Assembly (NCBI GenBank): GCA_037444445.1
Contig: JBBIMK010000007.1
Coordinates: 4,592 to 68,591 of the forward strand
From: a bacterium
GTDB taxonomy: Bacteria > UBP7 > UBA6624 > JBBIMK01
DNA length: 64,000 bases
Direction: 5' to 3'
Program-made: the position numbers and the translations under genes
Notes under the pieces: generated by a model
Databases searched by the model: none
What the model saw: only the letters and a program-made list of their open reading frames with translations
Told to the model about the DNA's origin: nothing
Shown here: positions 26,731 to 36,599 of the stretch, piece by piece
Layout of the letters: every line of letters begins with the position of its first letter
Position numbering within the stretch: position 1 is the first letter of the stretch

Positions 26731-28098
26731 TCAGAAAATCTTACGAATTCCGACTATGGGGCGAGACTTGTTCCCTCGCTCCACTCCAGCAAAGAGAGAA
26801 AATTTTTTCTCCACCTCTAAGGCGAACAGAATTTGATATTGGAGCGAAATATCCTGCTGACGATACCACCACACATTCGCCTCTACGAAGAGATTCGGAT
26901 TTGACCACGAAAATTCCAGGGAGGGACGGTGCCTGCGTGTTCCCACTCCCAGAGACACATCCCGGTGGCCCCCATAGCCAAAATACCACAGCAGGTCATT
27001 GGCTCTGCCCCAATCTTCTCCACCCAGTTTCATATACCAGCCCGATTCCGGCTGTTCAACTCGCAAAAAGGTAAGTGTGGAAACCTGACCTTCAGTCCCG
27101 GGTGAGCGTTTGAACCAAGCACGCACATCCGCACTCCCCTGCACCGATGAGATTTCCTCCGCAACCCCGCGAGCCTTTTTGGTAACCGACTCAATATTTT
27201 TCACTGAGGATTCAACGGATTGACGGAAAGATTCTGCCCCCAGGGTGTCAGAGAGTTTTTTTAAGTTTTCCGATAGAACTTTCAAATTTTCTATGGTCGT
27301 TTTCAGGGTGTTCTGAAATTCCTCGCTCCCGGCAATTTTTTCAAAATTTTTAGAAATAGTTTCCAGAGAAGCGGCGGAGTTTTCTACCCTCTTCAGGATA
27401 GCCTGGGCTTGCTCACGAATTTCTTTCACGACCCCCCTCGTATCAGTGGAAATCCCTTCCACATTCTGCAAAATGCGATTTAATCTGCTATTCACCTGAT
27501 TCACGCTGGAGCGAACCTGCTGGATTAACTCCGATAATTGCTGTGAAGAGTAGGTGATAGAGGGCTGGATATCCTGCAAAATGGCTTGAACTCTGTAAAT
27601 GACAGAATTCAGGCTGTCCAGCGTTTGATTCACGGAGGCTGAAACATTTTTCACTTCCACCGATAACTCTGCCACTAAGGTTTCAAAACTGGGGAGGGCG
27701 ATCCCGATATTCTCCGCCGTTCCCTCCGCAGGGATAAACTGATTCTTGGGTTCCTGAGAAGACACCATCAGGGTAGGCTCACCAAAAAAAGTCGGAGTCA
27801 ATATAGAAAAAGTGGATTTGACAGGTATTCCCTTTCCGCGGTCTATCCGTAAAATGACCCTGGGCATAAATTTTTCTTTCGTGTCCCATTCCACCCCATC
27901 CACCCTCCCCACCGGGGCCCCATCCAGATATACATTGGTTCCAGGAAGAATTCTGCTCACATCGGTAAAATAAACATAAATCCGATACCCTCGCATGGTT
28001 TGAATCCTCCAATAACCCAGATAAACCATAATGGAAATAAACACCACGAAAAATGTGATAATAAACAGGCCAATCTTCAGTTCCGTCGTCCACCTCAT
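26731..28098 (-). CDS. mlaD: MCE (MlaD-like) family protein with long coiled-coil and C-terminal beta-rich extension ending in Phe
   Basis: N-terminal TM helix plus an MCE domain (YFTDVSRILPGTNVYLDGAPVGRV). There is a ~200 aa helical region and a C-terminal amphipathic-strand segment ending ...GIRKIF. Operon with MlaE/MlaF. Confidence 0.75.
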   Translation of the reverse strand: MRWTTELKIGLFIITFFVVFISIMVYLGYWRIQTMRGYRIYVYFTDVSRILPGTNVYLDGAPVGRVDGVEWDTKEKFMPRVILRIDRGKGIPVKSTFSILTPTFFGEPTLMVSSQEPKNQFIPAEGTAENIGIALPSFETLVAELSVEVKNVSASVNQTLDSLNSVIYRVQAILQDIQPSITYSSQQLSELIQQVRSSVNQVNSRLNRILQNVEGISTDTRGVVKEIREQAQAILKRVENSAASLETISKNFEKIAGSEEFQNTLKTTIENLKVLSENLKKLSDTLGAESFRQSVESSVKNIESVTKKARGVAEEISSVQGSADVRAWFKRSPGTEGQVSTLTFLRVEQPESGWYMKLGGEDWGRANDLLWYFGYGGHRDVSLGVGTRRHRPSLEFSWSNPNLFVEANVWWYRQQDISLQYQILFALEVEKKFSLFAGVERGNKSRPIVGIRKIF

Positions 28099-28892
28099 AG
28101 ATGAGCCTCCTCGGTGATTTTTAATGGTCCAATTGGATTTCCATCCAGAAACTGTTTCAAAGCAATCACATCCACTCTATCTTTCAGTGGAAACTCACCT
28201 TTTTGAATCTGGAAGAAAGCATCCCGGTTCTGAATGGTGAGAATCTCACCGCTTTCCACCAGAGCAATATGGTCACCGATATTTTGAACCAGGTGCAAGT
28301 CATGAGTGGCAATCACCGTTAAATCCACGCGTTCTTTTACCCGGTCAATCAACTGACAGATTAAAGAAGAGGTGATGGGGTCTAATCCACCGGTAGGCTC
28401 ATCAAACAGAATTACACGAGGCTCTGCGGCCAGGGCGCGAGCCAGTCCCACACGCCGTTTCATTCCGCCGGAGAGTTCAGAAGGGAGCAAAGAAAGAATA
28501 TCTCCATTCAACCCCACTGCTTCCAGGAGCCCCTGAACACGCGGCTTCCACTCTTTCATCCGGATGTGCTTTCTCTTCATCGGAAAAACTAAATTTTCCC
28601 AGACGCTCATAGAATCAAAGAGGGCACCTTCCTGGAAAACGATTCCCACCTGGCTGAAAAATTTTTTTCGTTCCCCCGGCCGTAAGGCAGTCACTTCTAT
28701 TCCACCACACTGAATGCTCCCCTGCACGGGACGGATTAATCCGGCTATGGCTTTCAGGAGTGTGGTCTTCCCGCTTCCACTTCTCCCCAGTAATATAAAA
28801 ACTTCCCCTTGCTCCATCTCCAGATGATTGACCCGGAGAACCAATTTGTTCCGATACCCAACAATCACATCCTGAATTGTGCAATATATCAT
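28095..28892 (-). CDS. mlaF: ABC transporter ATP-binding protein, MlaF-like
   Basis: Walker A LLGRSGSGKTTLLK. ABC signature LSGGMKRRVGLARAL. Walker B ILFDEP. Confidence 0.85.
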   Translation of the reverse strand: MIYCTIQDVIVGYRNKLVLRVNHLEMEQGEVFILLGRSGSGKTTLLKAIAGLIRPVQGSIQCGGIEVTALRPGERKKFFSQVGIVFQEGALFDSMSVWENLVFPMKRKHIRMKEWKPRVQGLLEAVGLNGDILSLLPSELSGGMKRRVGLARALAAEPRVILFDEPTGGLDPITSSLICQLIDRVKERVDLTVIATHDLHLVQNIGDHIALVESGEILTIQNRDAFFQIQKGEFPLKDRVDVIALKQFLDGNPIGPLKITEEAHL

Positions 28893-29680
28893 GGTTGTCG
28901 GAAGATAAAAATAGTGAGTAGAATATTGGAAATGAGAATATAAATCATAGAAGTGACCACTGCTTCAGTGACCTTATGCCCCAGGTCCACTGCACCTTCT
29001 CTCACCGCCAGTCCTTTATAGGAAGAAACAACGGCGATGATGGCTCCAAAAACGGTCGCTTTCCACAGGCCTTCACGAAGGTAGTGTTGCCGAAAAATCG
29101 TCTGAATGGAAAAAGTATAACTGGTCCAGGTCAAGTTCACTGCCGTTTGAGCGGGATAATATGCCAGGATAATTGCCACATACACCGAGATGGCCACCAC
29201 CATGGGCGACATAAGGATAGAAGCCACAAATCTCGGAAATATGAGATACTGGAAAGGGTCGACTCCGAGGGCTTTCAGGGCATCCACCTGTTCCGTAATT
29301 TTCATGGAACCCAGCTGAGAAGTGATGCTGGCGCCCACTCTACCTGATAGGATTAAGCCAATAATCACAGGTCCCAGGTCCCTTGCCATGACGGCTGCCA
29401 CTGCTCCTCCGATGAGATATTTTCCTGCCCCACCTACATCTGCCACTTGCTGGGCAAGCAAATAACTGGTGGTCATAGCCGCCGTGGTAGAAGCAATGAC
29501 AGAAATCGGCAGGGATTCTATCCCCCAAAAAGCCAGTTGTCGTGCAAAAGTATCCCACGCTAAATAATACGGTGGAAATATGCCTTCCACAAACACCAGC
29601 ACTGCTTCCCCCACTTCCTCCAATTTCCGAAGGAAATAATTCAACACATCCGAACCCACTTGCTCTATGGCCTGCCACAT
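28889..29680 (-). CDS. mlaE: ABC transporter permease, MlaE-like
   Basis: 263 aa polytopic membrane protein with MlaE-like topology. It is the first gene of the operon and has an ATGA overlap with mlaF. Confidence 0.85.
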   Translation of the reverse strand: MWQAIEQVGSDVLNYFLRKLEEVGEAVLVFVEGIFPPYYLAWDTFARQLAFWGIESLPISVIASTTAAMTTSYLLAQQVADVGGAGKYLIGGAVAAVMARDLGPVIIGLILSGRVGASITSQLGSMKITEQVDALKALGVDPFQYLIFPRFVASILMSPMVVAISVYVAIILAYYPAQTAVNLTWTSYTFSIQTIFRQHYLREGLWKATVFGAIIAVVSSYKGLAVREGAVDLGHKVTEAVVTSMIYILISNILLTIFIFRQP

Positions 29681-29730
29681 CTTGCCTTCATCCTTCTGTA
29701 TATATCATAACATAGCCTATTTTCGCAATT

Positions 29731-29758
29731 TTGACAAACTATGGAGATAGATTATAAT
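29731..29758 (+). promoter_or_regulatory. sigma70-type promoter (TTGACA-N16-TATAAT) for the HMA-like gene
   Basis: Perfect -35 TTGACA at 29731..29736 and perfect -10 TATAAT at 29753..29758. A GGAGGTG RBS is followed by a GTG start at 29794. Confidence 0.5.
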
Positions 29759-29793
29759 TGCATACTGGCAATTCCAAATGGAGGTGAAGTGAA

Positions 29794-30204
29794 GTGTCTA
29801 AAACCACCTGGTGGGTGATTGGAGTTATCGTAGTGGTCGGGATCATTGTTATCATCTGGAGCAGGGTGAAAGGAGGGGCAGGACCGACGGTAGAACAGCC
29901 CCCTCCAACTACTGCAATAGAGGAAACTGAGCCGACTAAACCTGCCCTTTCCACACTCTCATTCTCAGTAGAAGGGCTTACTACGGAGGATGCGAAAAGC
30001 AAGGTGGAAGAGGCGGTGAAAGGCGTGGCTGGTGTTACCAATGTTGCAAGTAATTTAGCCACCAACACCCTCACCGTGGAATATGACCCGGCAGTGGTTT
30101 CAGATGTAGAGGCATTGAAGGCAGACATCAAGAAAGCCATTGAGGGCGCAGGGTTTAAGGTGGCAACGGAAACACCTGCCGAACCCACTCCGCCGGGCTC
30201 GTAA
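29794..30204 (+). CDS. membrane-anchored HMA-like (ferredoxin-fold) domain protein lacking metal-binding cysteines
   Basis: N-terminal TM helix, a Pro/Thr linker, and a betaalphabetabetaalphabeta-type segment (FSVEGLTTEDAKSKVEEAVKGVAGVTNV...LTVEYD) like heavy-metal-associated domains but with no CxxC. Confidence 0.5.
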   Translation: MSKTTWWVIGVIVVVGIIVIIWSRVKGGAGPTVEQPPPTTAIEETEPTKPALSTLSFSVEGLTTEDAKSKVEEAVKGVAGVTNVASNLATNTLTVEYDPAVVSDVEALKADIKKAIEGAGFKVATETPAEPTPPGS

Positions 30205-30217
30205 GAGCGTTTCATCC

Positions 30218-30255
30218 TTTCTTCTTCCCCGCTGTAAATTCAGACGAAGAAGAAA
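30218..30255. terminator. inverted repeat between convergent genes (candidate bidirectional terminator)
   Basis: A 10-bp stem TTTCTTCTTC / GAAGAAGAAA flanks an 18-nt loop, with a T6 run downstream. The 11-nt direct repeat TTCCCCGCTGT occurs twice (about 30225 and 30260). Confidence 0.35.
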
Positions 30256-30306
30256 GAGGTTTCCCCGCTGTTCTGTCAAGAAGTATTTTTTGACGGGAGG
30301 AGGTGG

Positions 30307-32262
30307 TTATGGGCAATCCATCTGTTCAGCGGGGTAGGAAAGTAACAAATCCTCTCCCTCCACCGTGAGGAGAAAAGGAGAAGCCCATTGTGCCAAAAAA
30401 TGTTGATAGGGGGAAGCCTTACACAGGTGGAATAATATCGTGTTCCCTTTATATTCCACCCTCACCGATAACCCCAGAATTTCTCTCGCAATAAATAGAG
30501 TTTTAACCAGAGGAGTAGATTCGGTAACTCCCGCCAGACTCATCAATTTCTCTATGTAGCCTGGTGGAATCGCTCCAGCCTGAATCCCCTGCCGAAGGAT
30601 CTTCAGAGCGGATTCGGGATTGATAGGGGGTATATCCGGTATCAGAAGAAATCTTTGCCTTCTTCCCAGAAAACCCAGAGCGATGGGAATGACGCCGATT
30701 CCCACGGCCAGGATACCCGAAAGAAAGAAGGAAAGAGAGGGGGCTTTGAGTAAGGGGATGGAGAAGTAAATCGTATCAATGAAAAAATGGGCGAAGGCAA
30801 CCGTCAGTAAGCCGTATCTCCAGAAGAAGAAAAAGAAAAGGAGGCCGCCGATAGTAAGTTCAATCCCCCGGAAATAAACGGGAAAAACGGAGTAAGTAGA
30901 GTGTGCGAATGCCCATAAAACGGTGGGTATCAAAGCGGCTAAAGGGGCCCACCTGACCCACCGTTTGAGAATTAAGAAGCCAGCGAAACGGAAGAAAGCC
31001 TCTTCCCAGAATCCTGCAGTAAGAGAGAGAAAAATGGGGGCAAGAGCAGGAATAAACGCCCCATAGGCTGAAGTAAATTCGTTTTCTGCAGGCATCCAGA
31101 CCCCAAAATATTTTCTCCCCAGTGTGTACAGCACGGCATCATACCCTAAAAAACAAAATGCGATGAAATACCCTGAAAGAGCGGATGTCCAGAGGGACCG
31201 GGTGAGCCATCGCCCCCGGGACATTTCTCGCAAACCCTTTAATAAACGCTCTTTTTCAGTCATAGAAGCCAGTCCACTTCCAACACCCATCGCAACGAAA
31301 ATGAAAAAAGCCAGTCCTCCTGCTTCCAGAAGTACGCCGAAGATAAGCATGAATAGAAATGTCGCATATTGTATGTCAGTGGAATACTGAAAATTCCACA
31401 TGGGAAAGAAATTCAAACCCGTCAATAGCGGCCCTATCCCGACCAAAATGGACACAAGAAGAGAAAGGCGATAATCCAATTGCCGTCTGCGGAACAACAC
31501 AAAGAAATAATAGAAGGCACCAATGAAAAGAATCAGAGAGAGAAAGAATGAAGCACCGGCGATAAGGGAACCCCTGGAGCGTTCGGCTTTGTAGTCACGG
31601 GTAAATTTCTCAGGAACTTTCAAGTAATAAAAAAATTCGGTAATCTGGTTTCCGGAAATGGTGACATCTACCCGAAGGTCCGCATCCCCGAAAGTGGGAG
31701 ATTTGCGCTTCCAGGTGAAATAATGGTCGGTTCGGTTTTTCTTCTCTTCTGAAGAGGCTTTGACCAGGTCATATTCCGAAGGAGAAAAAGCCATTTCCTT
31801 CGTTAAAAATTCAAGGGCCTTCTTTTGCGCTTCACTCTGTGGGTGTTTGGCTCCTGCCTCCTCTTCCGGTAAAAGGTGTAGAAAGCGGATGATTTTCCCG
31901 TTGGGCATAATGGACAGTTTATATTCTTCTTTCTGCAGTGGCTTGAAGTAACGAATATCCCAGAAGAAGAGAGGAACAAACACATCCTGTTCCGGATTCT
32001 GGACTTGATTGGTTTTCTCCAGCCCAATGACTTTTTGCAAGAAAACTGAAGCATCATCATCTGCAGTAAATAGGACAGCCTCTTTCATATTTTGCACCTG
32101 GAGATGATGCTCGGATAGAAAAGCACGGGCTATTCTGCGAATTTCATTACGAGAGAGGGAGAGGTGGATGGATGCCGAGGGCAGGGCATAGGGATATAAT
32201 ACGATAAAAAGAAATAATCCTATGGTTCCCAGAGTTCCCAGGATAAAGAACTCGTGCTTCAT
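30307..32262 (-). CDS. CPBP family (CAAX/Abi) intramembrane glutamic endopeptidase with large N-terminal extracytoplasmic domain
   Basis: The C-terminal polytopic region has the three CPBP motifs: FWEEAFFRFAGF (EExxxR), LWAFAHS (FxxxH) and HFFIDTIY (HxxxD/N). An N-terminal ~380 aa domain precedes the TM core. Confidence 0.7.
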   Translation of the reverse strand: MKHEFFILGTLGTIGLFLFIVLYPYALPSASIHLSLSRNEIRRIARAFLSEHHLQVQNMKEAVLFTADDDASVFLQKVIGLEKTNQVQNPEQDVFVPLFFWDIRYFKPLQKEEYKLSIMPNGKIIRFLHLLPEEEAGAKHPQSEAQKKALEFLTKEMAFSPSEYDLVKASSEEKKNRTDHYFTWKRKSPTFGDADLRVDVTISGNQITEFFYYLKVPEKFTRDYKAERSRGSLIAGASFFLSLILFIGAFYYFFVLFRRRQLDYRLSLLVSILVGIGPLLTGLNFFPMWNFQYSTDIQYATFLFMLIFGVLLEAGGLAFFIFVAMGVGSGLASMTEKERLLKGLREMSRGRWLTRSLWTSALSGYFIAFCFLGYDAVLYTLGRKYFGVWMPAENEFTSAYGAFIPALAPIFLSLTAGFWEEAFFRFAGFLILKRWVRWAPLAALIPTVLWAFAHSTYSVFPVYFRGIELTIGGLLFFFFFWRYGLLTVAFAHFFIDTIYFSIPLLKAPSLSFFLSGILAVGIGVIPIALGFLGRRQRFLLIPDIPPINPESALKILRQGIQAGAIPPGYIEKLMSLAGVTESTPLVKTLFIAREILGLSVRVEYKGNTILFHLCKASPYQHFLAQWASPFLLTVEGEDLLLSYPAEQMDCP

Positions 32263-32889
32263 TCAGTCAAAAGGTTCCGTGCGGGGGATGGTGTCCTCCA
32301 TTTTTACTCCGAGGGAGAGAGCAATGCGGTTGGAGTAGTTCACGAAGCTTGCCACCAATACGATGTCTAAAATCTCCTGATCGGAAAAGGCTTCCTTTCG
32401 CAGGTCTTCCAGGTCTCGGTCCGTGATGGAAGCCGGGAAAAGAGTGATTTTTTGAACGAACTGAATGATGGCTCGTTCAGGACGAGTCAGAGGAGCTTCA
32501 GAAAAATTTTCCAGGAGGCGTGTAGCCACCACCGGGTTCCCTCCGGCACGCAAATAGGCTTCCCGGTGGTGAGCAATGCTATATTTGCAGTGATTGAGGT
32601 GAGACACAGCGAGAGCAATGAGTTCCCGAACAGGGCGGGTCAGGGAGGAATTGCCATACAGGAGAGTAAAATGCTGGTCCGCGAAGTTCTGCATGGCCTC
32701 CCAGTGAAGGCTTTGGGCGCGAAAGAGATTAGGAATCCACCCGCGTTTGATGCGGACAATCCGGTAAGCCTCTTCCAGCTCTTTCCCCATTTGTGGTGAG
32801 TCGGGGTCCACATGGGAAATTGCGCAGACCGGAGGCTTGGGTGGATGAAAAATCTCTTCTAATAAACTTTTCTTCTTCACCGGATTCAC
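32263..32889 (-). CDS. carboxymuconolactone decarboxylase / AhpD-like peroxidase-related family protein
   Basis: The ELIALAVSHLNHCKYSIAHH segment resembles the AhpD-like Cys/His motif. Size is ~200 aa. Confidence 0.6.
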   Translation of the reverse strand: MNPVKKKSLLEEIFHPPKPPVCAISHVDPDSPQMGKELEEAYRIVRIKRGWIPNLFRAQSLHWEAMQNFADQHFTLLYGNSSLTRPVRELIALAVSHLNHCKYSIAHHREAYLRAGGNPVVATRLLENFSEAPLTRPERAIIQFVQKITLFPASITDRDLEDLRKEAFSDQEILDIVLVASFVNYSNRIALSLGVKMEDTIPRTEPFD

Positions 32890-32925
32890 CCCCTGAAGAA
32901 CCTAACCCACAGGGTATTCAGAAAA

Positions 32926-33126
32926 TTAAAAATCGTCGTCCCCCGGGTCCTCCCTCCGATACGGAAGATAATCTTCCTCCAGTTCTTCCTCATCCCATTC
33001 CTGTAAGGTTTCCTCCTCCCCGAGTTCTTCTTCATCGGAGTCGAAATCTTCTTCTTCTTCCTCCTCCTCCTCGGGCGGTCTGGGTGGAAAAGGAGCCCGT
33101 AACGATTCCTTCTCCGTCATCGGCAC
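32926..33126 (-). CDS. hypothetical hyperacidic small protein (poly-Glu/Asp)
   Basis: 66-aa ORF built on GAA/GAG repeats (PPEEEEEEEEDFDSDEEELGEEE...). Low complexity, so it may be spurious. Confidence 0.35.
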   Translation of the reverse strand: MPMTEKESLRAPFPPRPPEEEEEEEEDFDSDEEELGEEETLQEWDEEELEEDYLPYRREDPGDDDF

Positions 33127-33188
33127 TCACCTCCGGTATGTAAGTTCTTTCCCATCGGCAATGATTATACCCCCAAAATTGGAAAAAA

Positions 33189-34268
33189 TTATAAGCCCAA
33201 AGGGGTTAAAGAAGCAAGGAATGTTTCTGCTGTTCGGCGCCAGGTGAAGGAAACCGCATGTTCAGCGGCTTCGTTTCCCATTTTTTCCCGGAGCGATTTA
33301 TCCTTCAACAAACGATGCAGAGAATGATGAAAAGAGGGTTCATCCGGGCAGAGAAAGCCAGTGACCCCATCTTTTACTAACTCGGGGTGGGCGCCCCGAT
33401 TATACACTACACAGGGCTTGCCAAAATATGCCGCTTCCATCATCGGCAGGTCAAATCCTTCCCATCGGGAGCAAGATGCATAGACATCGCTGGCAAGAAA
33501 TAAAAACGGCATCCAATCCAGCCGGGCACACCGAAACACTTTTACCCCTCTCTGCGTCAGAACTTTTTCATCTTGCTCATCCCCATATCCCGCCATCACG
33601 AGGACCGCATCCTTTTTGAGAGATTCATAATGTTGCAATAATTCCTGCACACCTTTGTAAGGCTGACGGGTAGAATTCAAGCGTCCTACATAGAGCACAA
33701 TCGGTTTGCCGTCCGGTGAAAGTTTCTGACGCCACTCGTTCACCCCGCTGGCATCAGGTTTGGGATAGTGATTCACACCGTTATATAAAACCACAGATTT
33801 TCGCCTGAGAAACCCTGGCAACCGGGATAGCAAGAAGGAAGAAACAGGAAAAATTTTCTCCGCCCCCGAGATAGAAAAAAAGTAACCCATAGAAACACCG
33901 TAAAGATAATTGAAATGTTCTCTCGGTCCAAGCCCCGATGGTGGGGAGAGGCCGTGGTCGTAAAAAACACAGGGCTTCAGGAATCTGCATAAAACGGCAA
34001 GGGGGTGGGTAACCACCCATAAGTCCGCTTTCTCATCCAGGACCCGCAAGCGCCGTATAGATTGGATGTCATAAACCGGCTGGAATATATTCAAGCCCAC
34101 GGGATAAATGCGAAGAGCATAAGATTGCCCTTCATAGGTGCCGTCTGAAAAAACCGTCCACACGGTTACGGTGTGACCCAGCGAAACCAACTCCGTCGCC
34201 AGGCGGTGAATGGCCATATCCACACCAAATCCCAGGCGCATCCGCTCACAGAGAAATCCAATCTTCAT
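33189..34268 (-). CDS. glycosyltransferase family 4 (GT-B fold)
   Basis: N-terminal ...LGHTVTVWT. C-terminal EX7E motif (EGFDLPMMEAAYFGKPCVVYNRGAHPELV). Confidence 0.8.
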   Translation of the reverse strand: MKIGFLCERMRLGFGVDMAIHRLATELVSLGHTVTVWTVFSDGTYEGQSYALRIYPVGLNIFQPVYDIQSIRRLRVLDEKADLWVVTHPLAVLCRFLKPCVFYDHGLSPPSGLGPREHFNYLYGVSMGYFFSISGAEKIFPVSSFLLSRLPGFLRRKSVVLYNGVNHYPKPDASGVNEWRQKLSPDGKPIVLYVGRLNSTRQPYKGVQELLQHYESLKKDAVLVMAGYGDEQDEKVLTQRGVKVFRCARLDWMPFLFLASDVYASCSRWEGFDLPMMEAAYFGKPCVVYNRGAHPELVKDGVTGFLCPDEPSFHHSLHRLLKDKSLREKMGNEAAEHAVSFTWRRTAETFLASLTPLGL

Positions 34269-34319
34269 TCGGTCAAATGAATGCTACAATGAGGGGGCAT
34301 CTCATCAGCCAGAATCCGT

Positions 34320-35150
34320 TTATTTCTTTTGCCTCATTCCAGCACCAGCGAGAGAGACTGCCTTTTGTCGCAGGAAAATCGTCAGCAGGGAGGCTCCAAC
34401 AATCAGGATGCTGAAGACCTGTGCTACGGTGATTCTATTCGCCAGCACCACGGCAGTTTCTCCCCACCGTAAATATTCCAGGAGAAAACGCTCTATGGAA
34501 TAGACGATGAGATAGTAGAAAAAAAATTCCCCCTCACGCCCTTTCTTGTTCGTATAAAGCCAGTAGAAAATCACAAAAGTGGGGATGTGAACCAGCGTTT
34601 CAAATGCGGGCCAGGGGTACCGAAAACTCCCTTCCACATCCCAGGGATAGTGAACACAAACCCAGGGAGGTAGTTTCTCAGGGTTGCAAAGAATTCCATA
34701 ATCATCCCGCTCATTGAGCAGACAGCCGATACGGCCGATGGCAGCCCCCAAAGGAATTGCCACGGTAAACAAATCTCCCAGACCCCACGGGGAAACTTTT
34801 TTTCTCCAGCAATAAAGTAGAAACGCCAGCATACCCCCAAAAATTGCCCCGTGTAGAGATAAACCTCCTTTCCATATCATCAACGATTCCAGCGGATGCC
34901 CCAGGTAATACCCGGGATTGGTGACCACGAATCCCACCCGGGTTCCCACAATCCCACCCAGAACCGTCCAGAAAAGTAAATCCGATAACATTTCATCGGA
35001 GAAGCCTCGTTTCTTCCCCAGCCGGCTAATCAGGAACATCCCTGCCAGAACACCCAGCAGAACGAACACACTGAAACTGCGAAGAACAAAAGGTCCTGCC
35101 GTGAAACCCCCTATGTGAAAAGGTCCTACACGCAGTAAAACAGGTAACAT
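34320..35150 (-). CDS. lgt: prolipoprotein diacylglyceryl transferase
   Basis: The N-terminus GPFHIGGFTAGPF... matches the Lgt pattern. It is a polytopic membrane protein with an RYPWPAFE region similar to the Lgt signature. 276 aa. Confidence 0.75.
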   Translation of the reverse strand: MLPVLLRVGPFHIGGFTAGPFVLRSFSVFVLLGVLAGMFLISRLGKKRGFSDEMLSDLLFWTVLGGIVGTRVGFVVTNPGYYLGHPLESLMIWKGGLSLHGAIFGGMLAFLLYCWRKKVSPWGLGDLFTVAIPLGAAIGRIGCLLNERDDYGILCNPEKLPPWVCVHYPWDVEGSFRYPWPAFETLVHIPTFVIFYWLYTNKKGREGEFFFYYLIVYSIERFLLEYLRWGETAVVLANRITVAQVFSILIVGASLLTIFLRQKAVSLAGAGMRQKK

Positions 35151-35321
35151 CTTCCCACCCCCGGTAGATTCATTTGGTAATGGGTCATCCGTTGGATATT
35201 ATCTCATAACATCCTTCCTAATTTTCCTGAAAAAAAACTTATCCTGCGAATACCCTGAAAGGACAGAAGCCTGGTTTCGGGCTGGAAAGAGGAGAGTAGA
35301 GGGAGTTTCAAGGGAAGTCGC

Positions 35322-36509
35322 TTACCCGGCGGTGAGGTTTTCAATCACGGTGGCAACGGCATTCCCCCCGCCCAGGCATAGGGTTTCCATCCCGCGTCGG
35401 AGGCGCCGATTTTTAAGAGCGTAGGTGAGCGTCACGAGGATGCGGGCGCCACTGCAGCCGATGGGATGCCCGAGGGCAATGCCACCTCCATTGACATTCA
35501 GTTTTTCATCCGGTATTTCCAAAGCCTTCTGAATTGCCACCATCTGTGCAGCAAACGCTTCGTTGATTTCAACAAGGTCAAAATCCGGGATTCCGAAGCC
35601 GAAACGGCGTTTCATATTTTCCAGGGCGGATAAAGGTGCCATCAGCACCCACTGGGGTTCCACGCCCCCTTCCGTCATAGCCACGATTTTAGCCATTGGA
35701 GTTAGCCCTTTACGCGACGCATAATCAGAAGAAGCGATGACGAGGGCAGCGGCACCATCATTGATGGTAGAAGAGTTTCCTGCGGTCACCATCCCATCTT
35801 TTCGGAATGCCGGAGGCAGTTGAGCCAATTTTTCCAGCGTGGTATCTTCCCGAATTCCTTCGTCCTTATCTACTGTTTTCGGGCTACCTTTCTCCCACAC
35901 CTCTACGGGTAAAATTTCTTCTTTGAACCGGCCTTCACGGGTAGCGATAGCGGCGCGCATCTGGCTCCGATACGCATACGCATCCATCTCCTGGCGGCTG
36001 ACGCCATATTTTACGGCTACATTTTCCGCCGTTTCACCCATATGGACTCCGGTGTAGGCATCCTCCAGTCCGTCCCGTAGCATCACATCCAGGAGTTTAG
36101 CGTGGCCAAGCCTGCTTCCCCATCGGGCTTTATCCACGATGAAGGGAGCATTGCTCATACTTTCCATTCCACCCGCCACTGCCACTTCTGCTTCACCCAG
36201 CAAAATTTCCTGAGCGGCGAGGTTGACAGCCTTCAAGCCGGAGCCGCAGACCATATTGACGGTATAAGCGGATAGAGAAGGGGCAAGCCCTGCTTTCAGG
36301 GCCGCCTGACGGGCAGGGTTCTGTCCCACTCCTGCCTGCAGAACATTCCCCATCACCACGAGGGAAATATCCTCCGCAGGCACGCCCGCCCTGCGCACCG
36401 CCTCTTTCACCACCATTCCCCCCAGGTCTGTGGCTGTAAACCCGCTCAGAGCCCCCCCAAACTTGCCGCTGGGCGTCCGAACTCCCGACAAAATCACCAC
36501 TTCTTTCAC
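35322..36509 (-). CDS. acetyl-CoA C-acetyltransferase (thiolase II)
   Basis: MKEVVILSGVRTPSGKFGG... N-terminus. Active-site Cys region NMVCGSGL. C-terminal catalytic region LCLGGGNAVA. 395 aa. Confidence 0.92.
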   Translation of the reverse strand: MKEVVILSGVRTPSGKFGGALSGFTATDLGGMVVKEAVRRAGVPAEDISLVVMGNVLQAGVGQNPARQAALKAGLAPSLSAYTVNMVCGSGLKAVNLAAQEILLGEAEVAVAGGMESMSNAPFIVDKARWGSRLGHAKLLDVMLRDGLEDAYTGVHMGETAENVAVKYGVSRQEMDAYAYRSQMRAAIATREGRFKEEILPVEVWEKGSPKTVDKDEGIREDTTLEKLAQLPPAFRKDGMVTAGNSSTINDGAAALVIASSDYASRKGLTPMAKIVAMTEGGVEPQWVLMAPLSALENMKRRFGFGIPDFDLVEINEAFAAQMVAIQKALEIPDEKLNVNGGGIALGHPIGCSGARILVTLTYALKNRRLRRGMETLCLGGGNAVATVIENLTAG

Positions 36510-36599
36510 TATCCTTTCGCCTCCTTTTTCATCTCCTCTTCAAGAATATAAAAACTACGGACCGGTTTATAGGATGAAAGTCAACTCTATCCCCTCTCA

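Noticed and set aside
29794-30204. HMA-like domain protein as a metallochaperone
   Set aside because: The betaalphabetabetaalphabeta pattern is present, but the GMxCxxC metal-binding motif and any cysteines are absent, so a metal-binding function is not supported.
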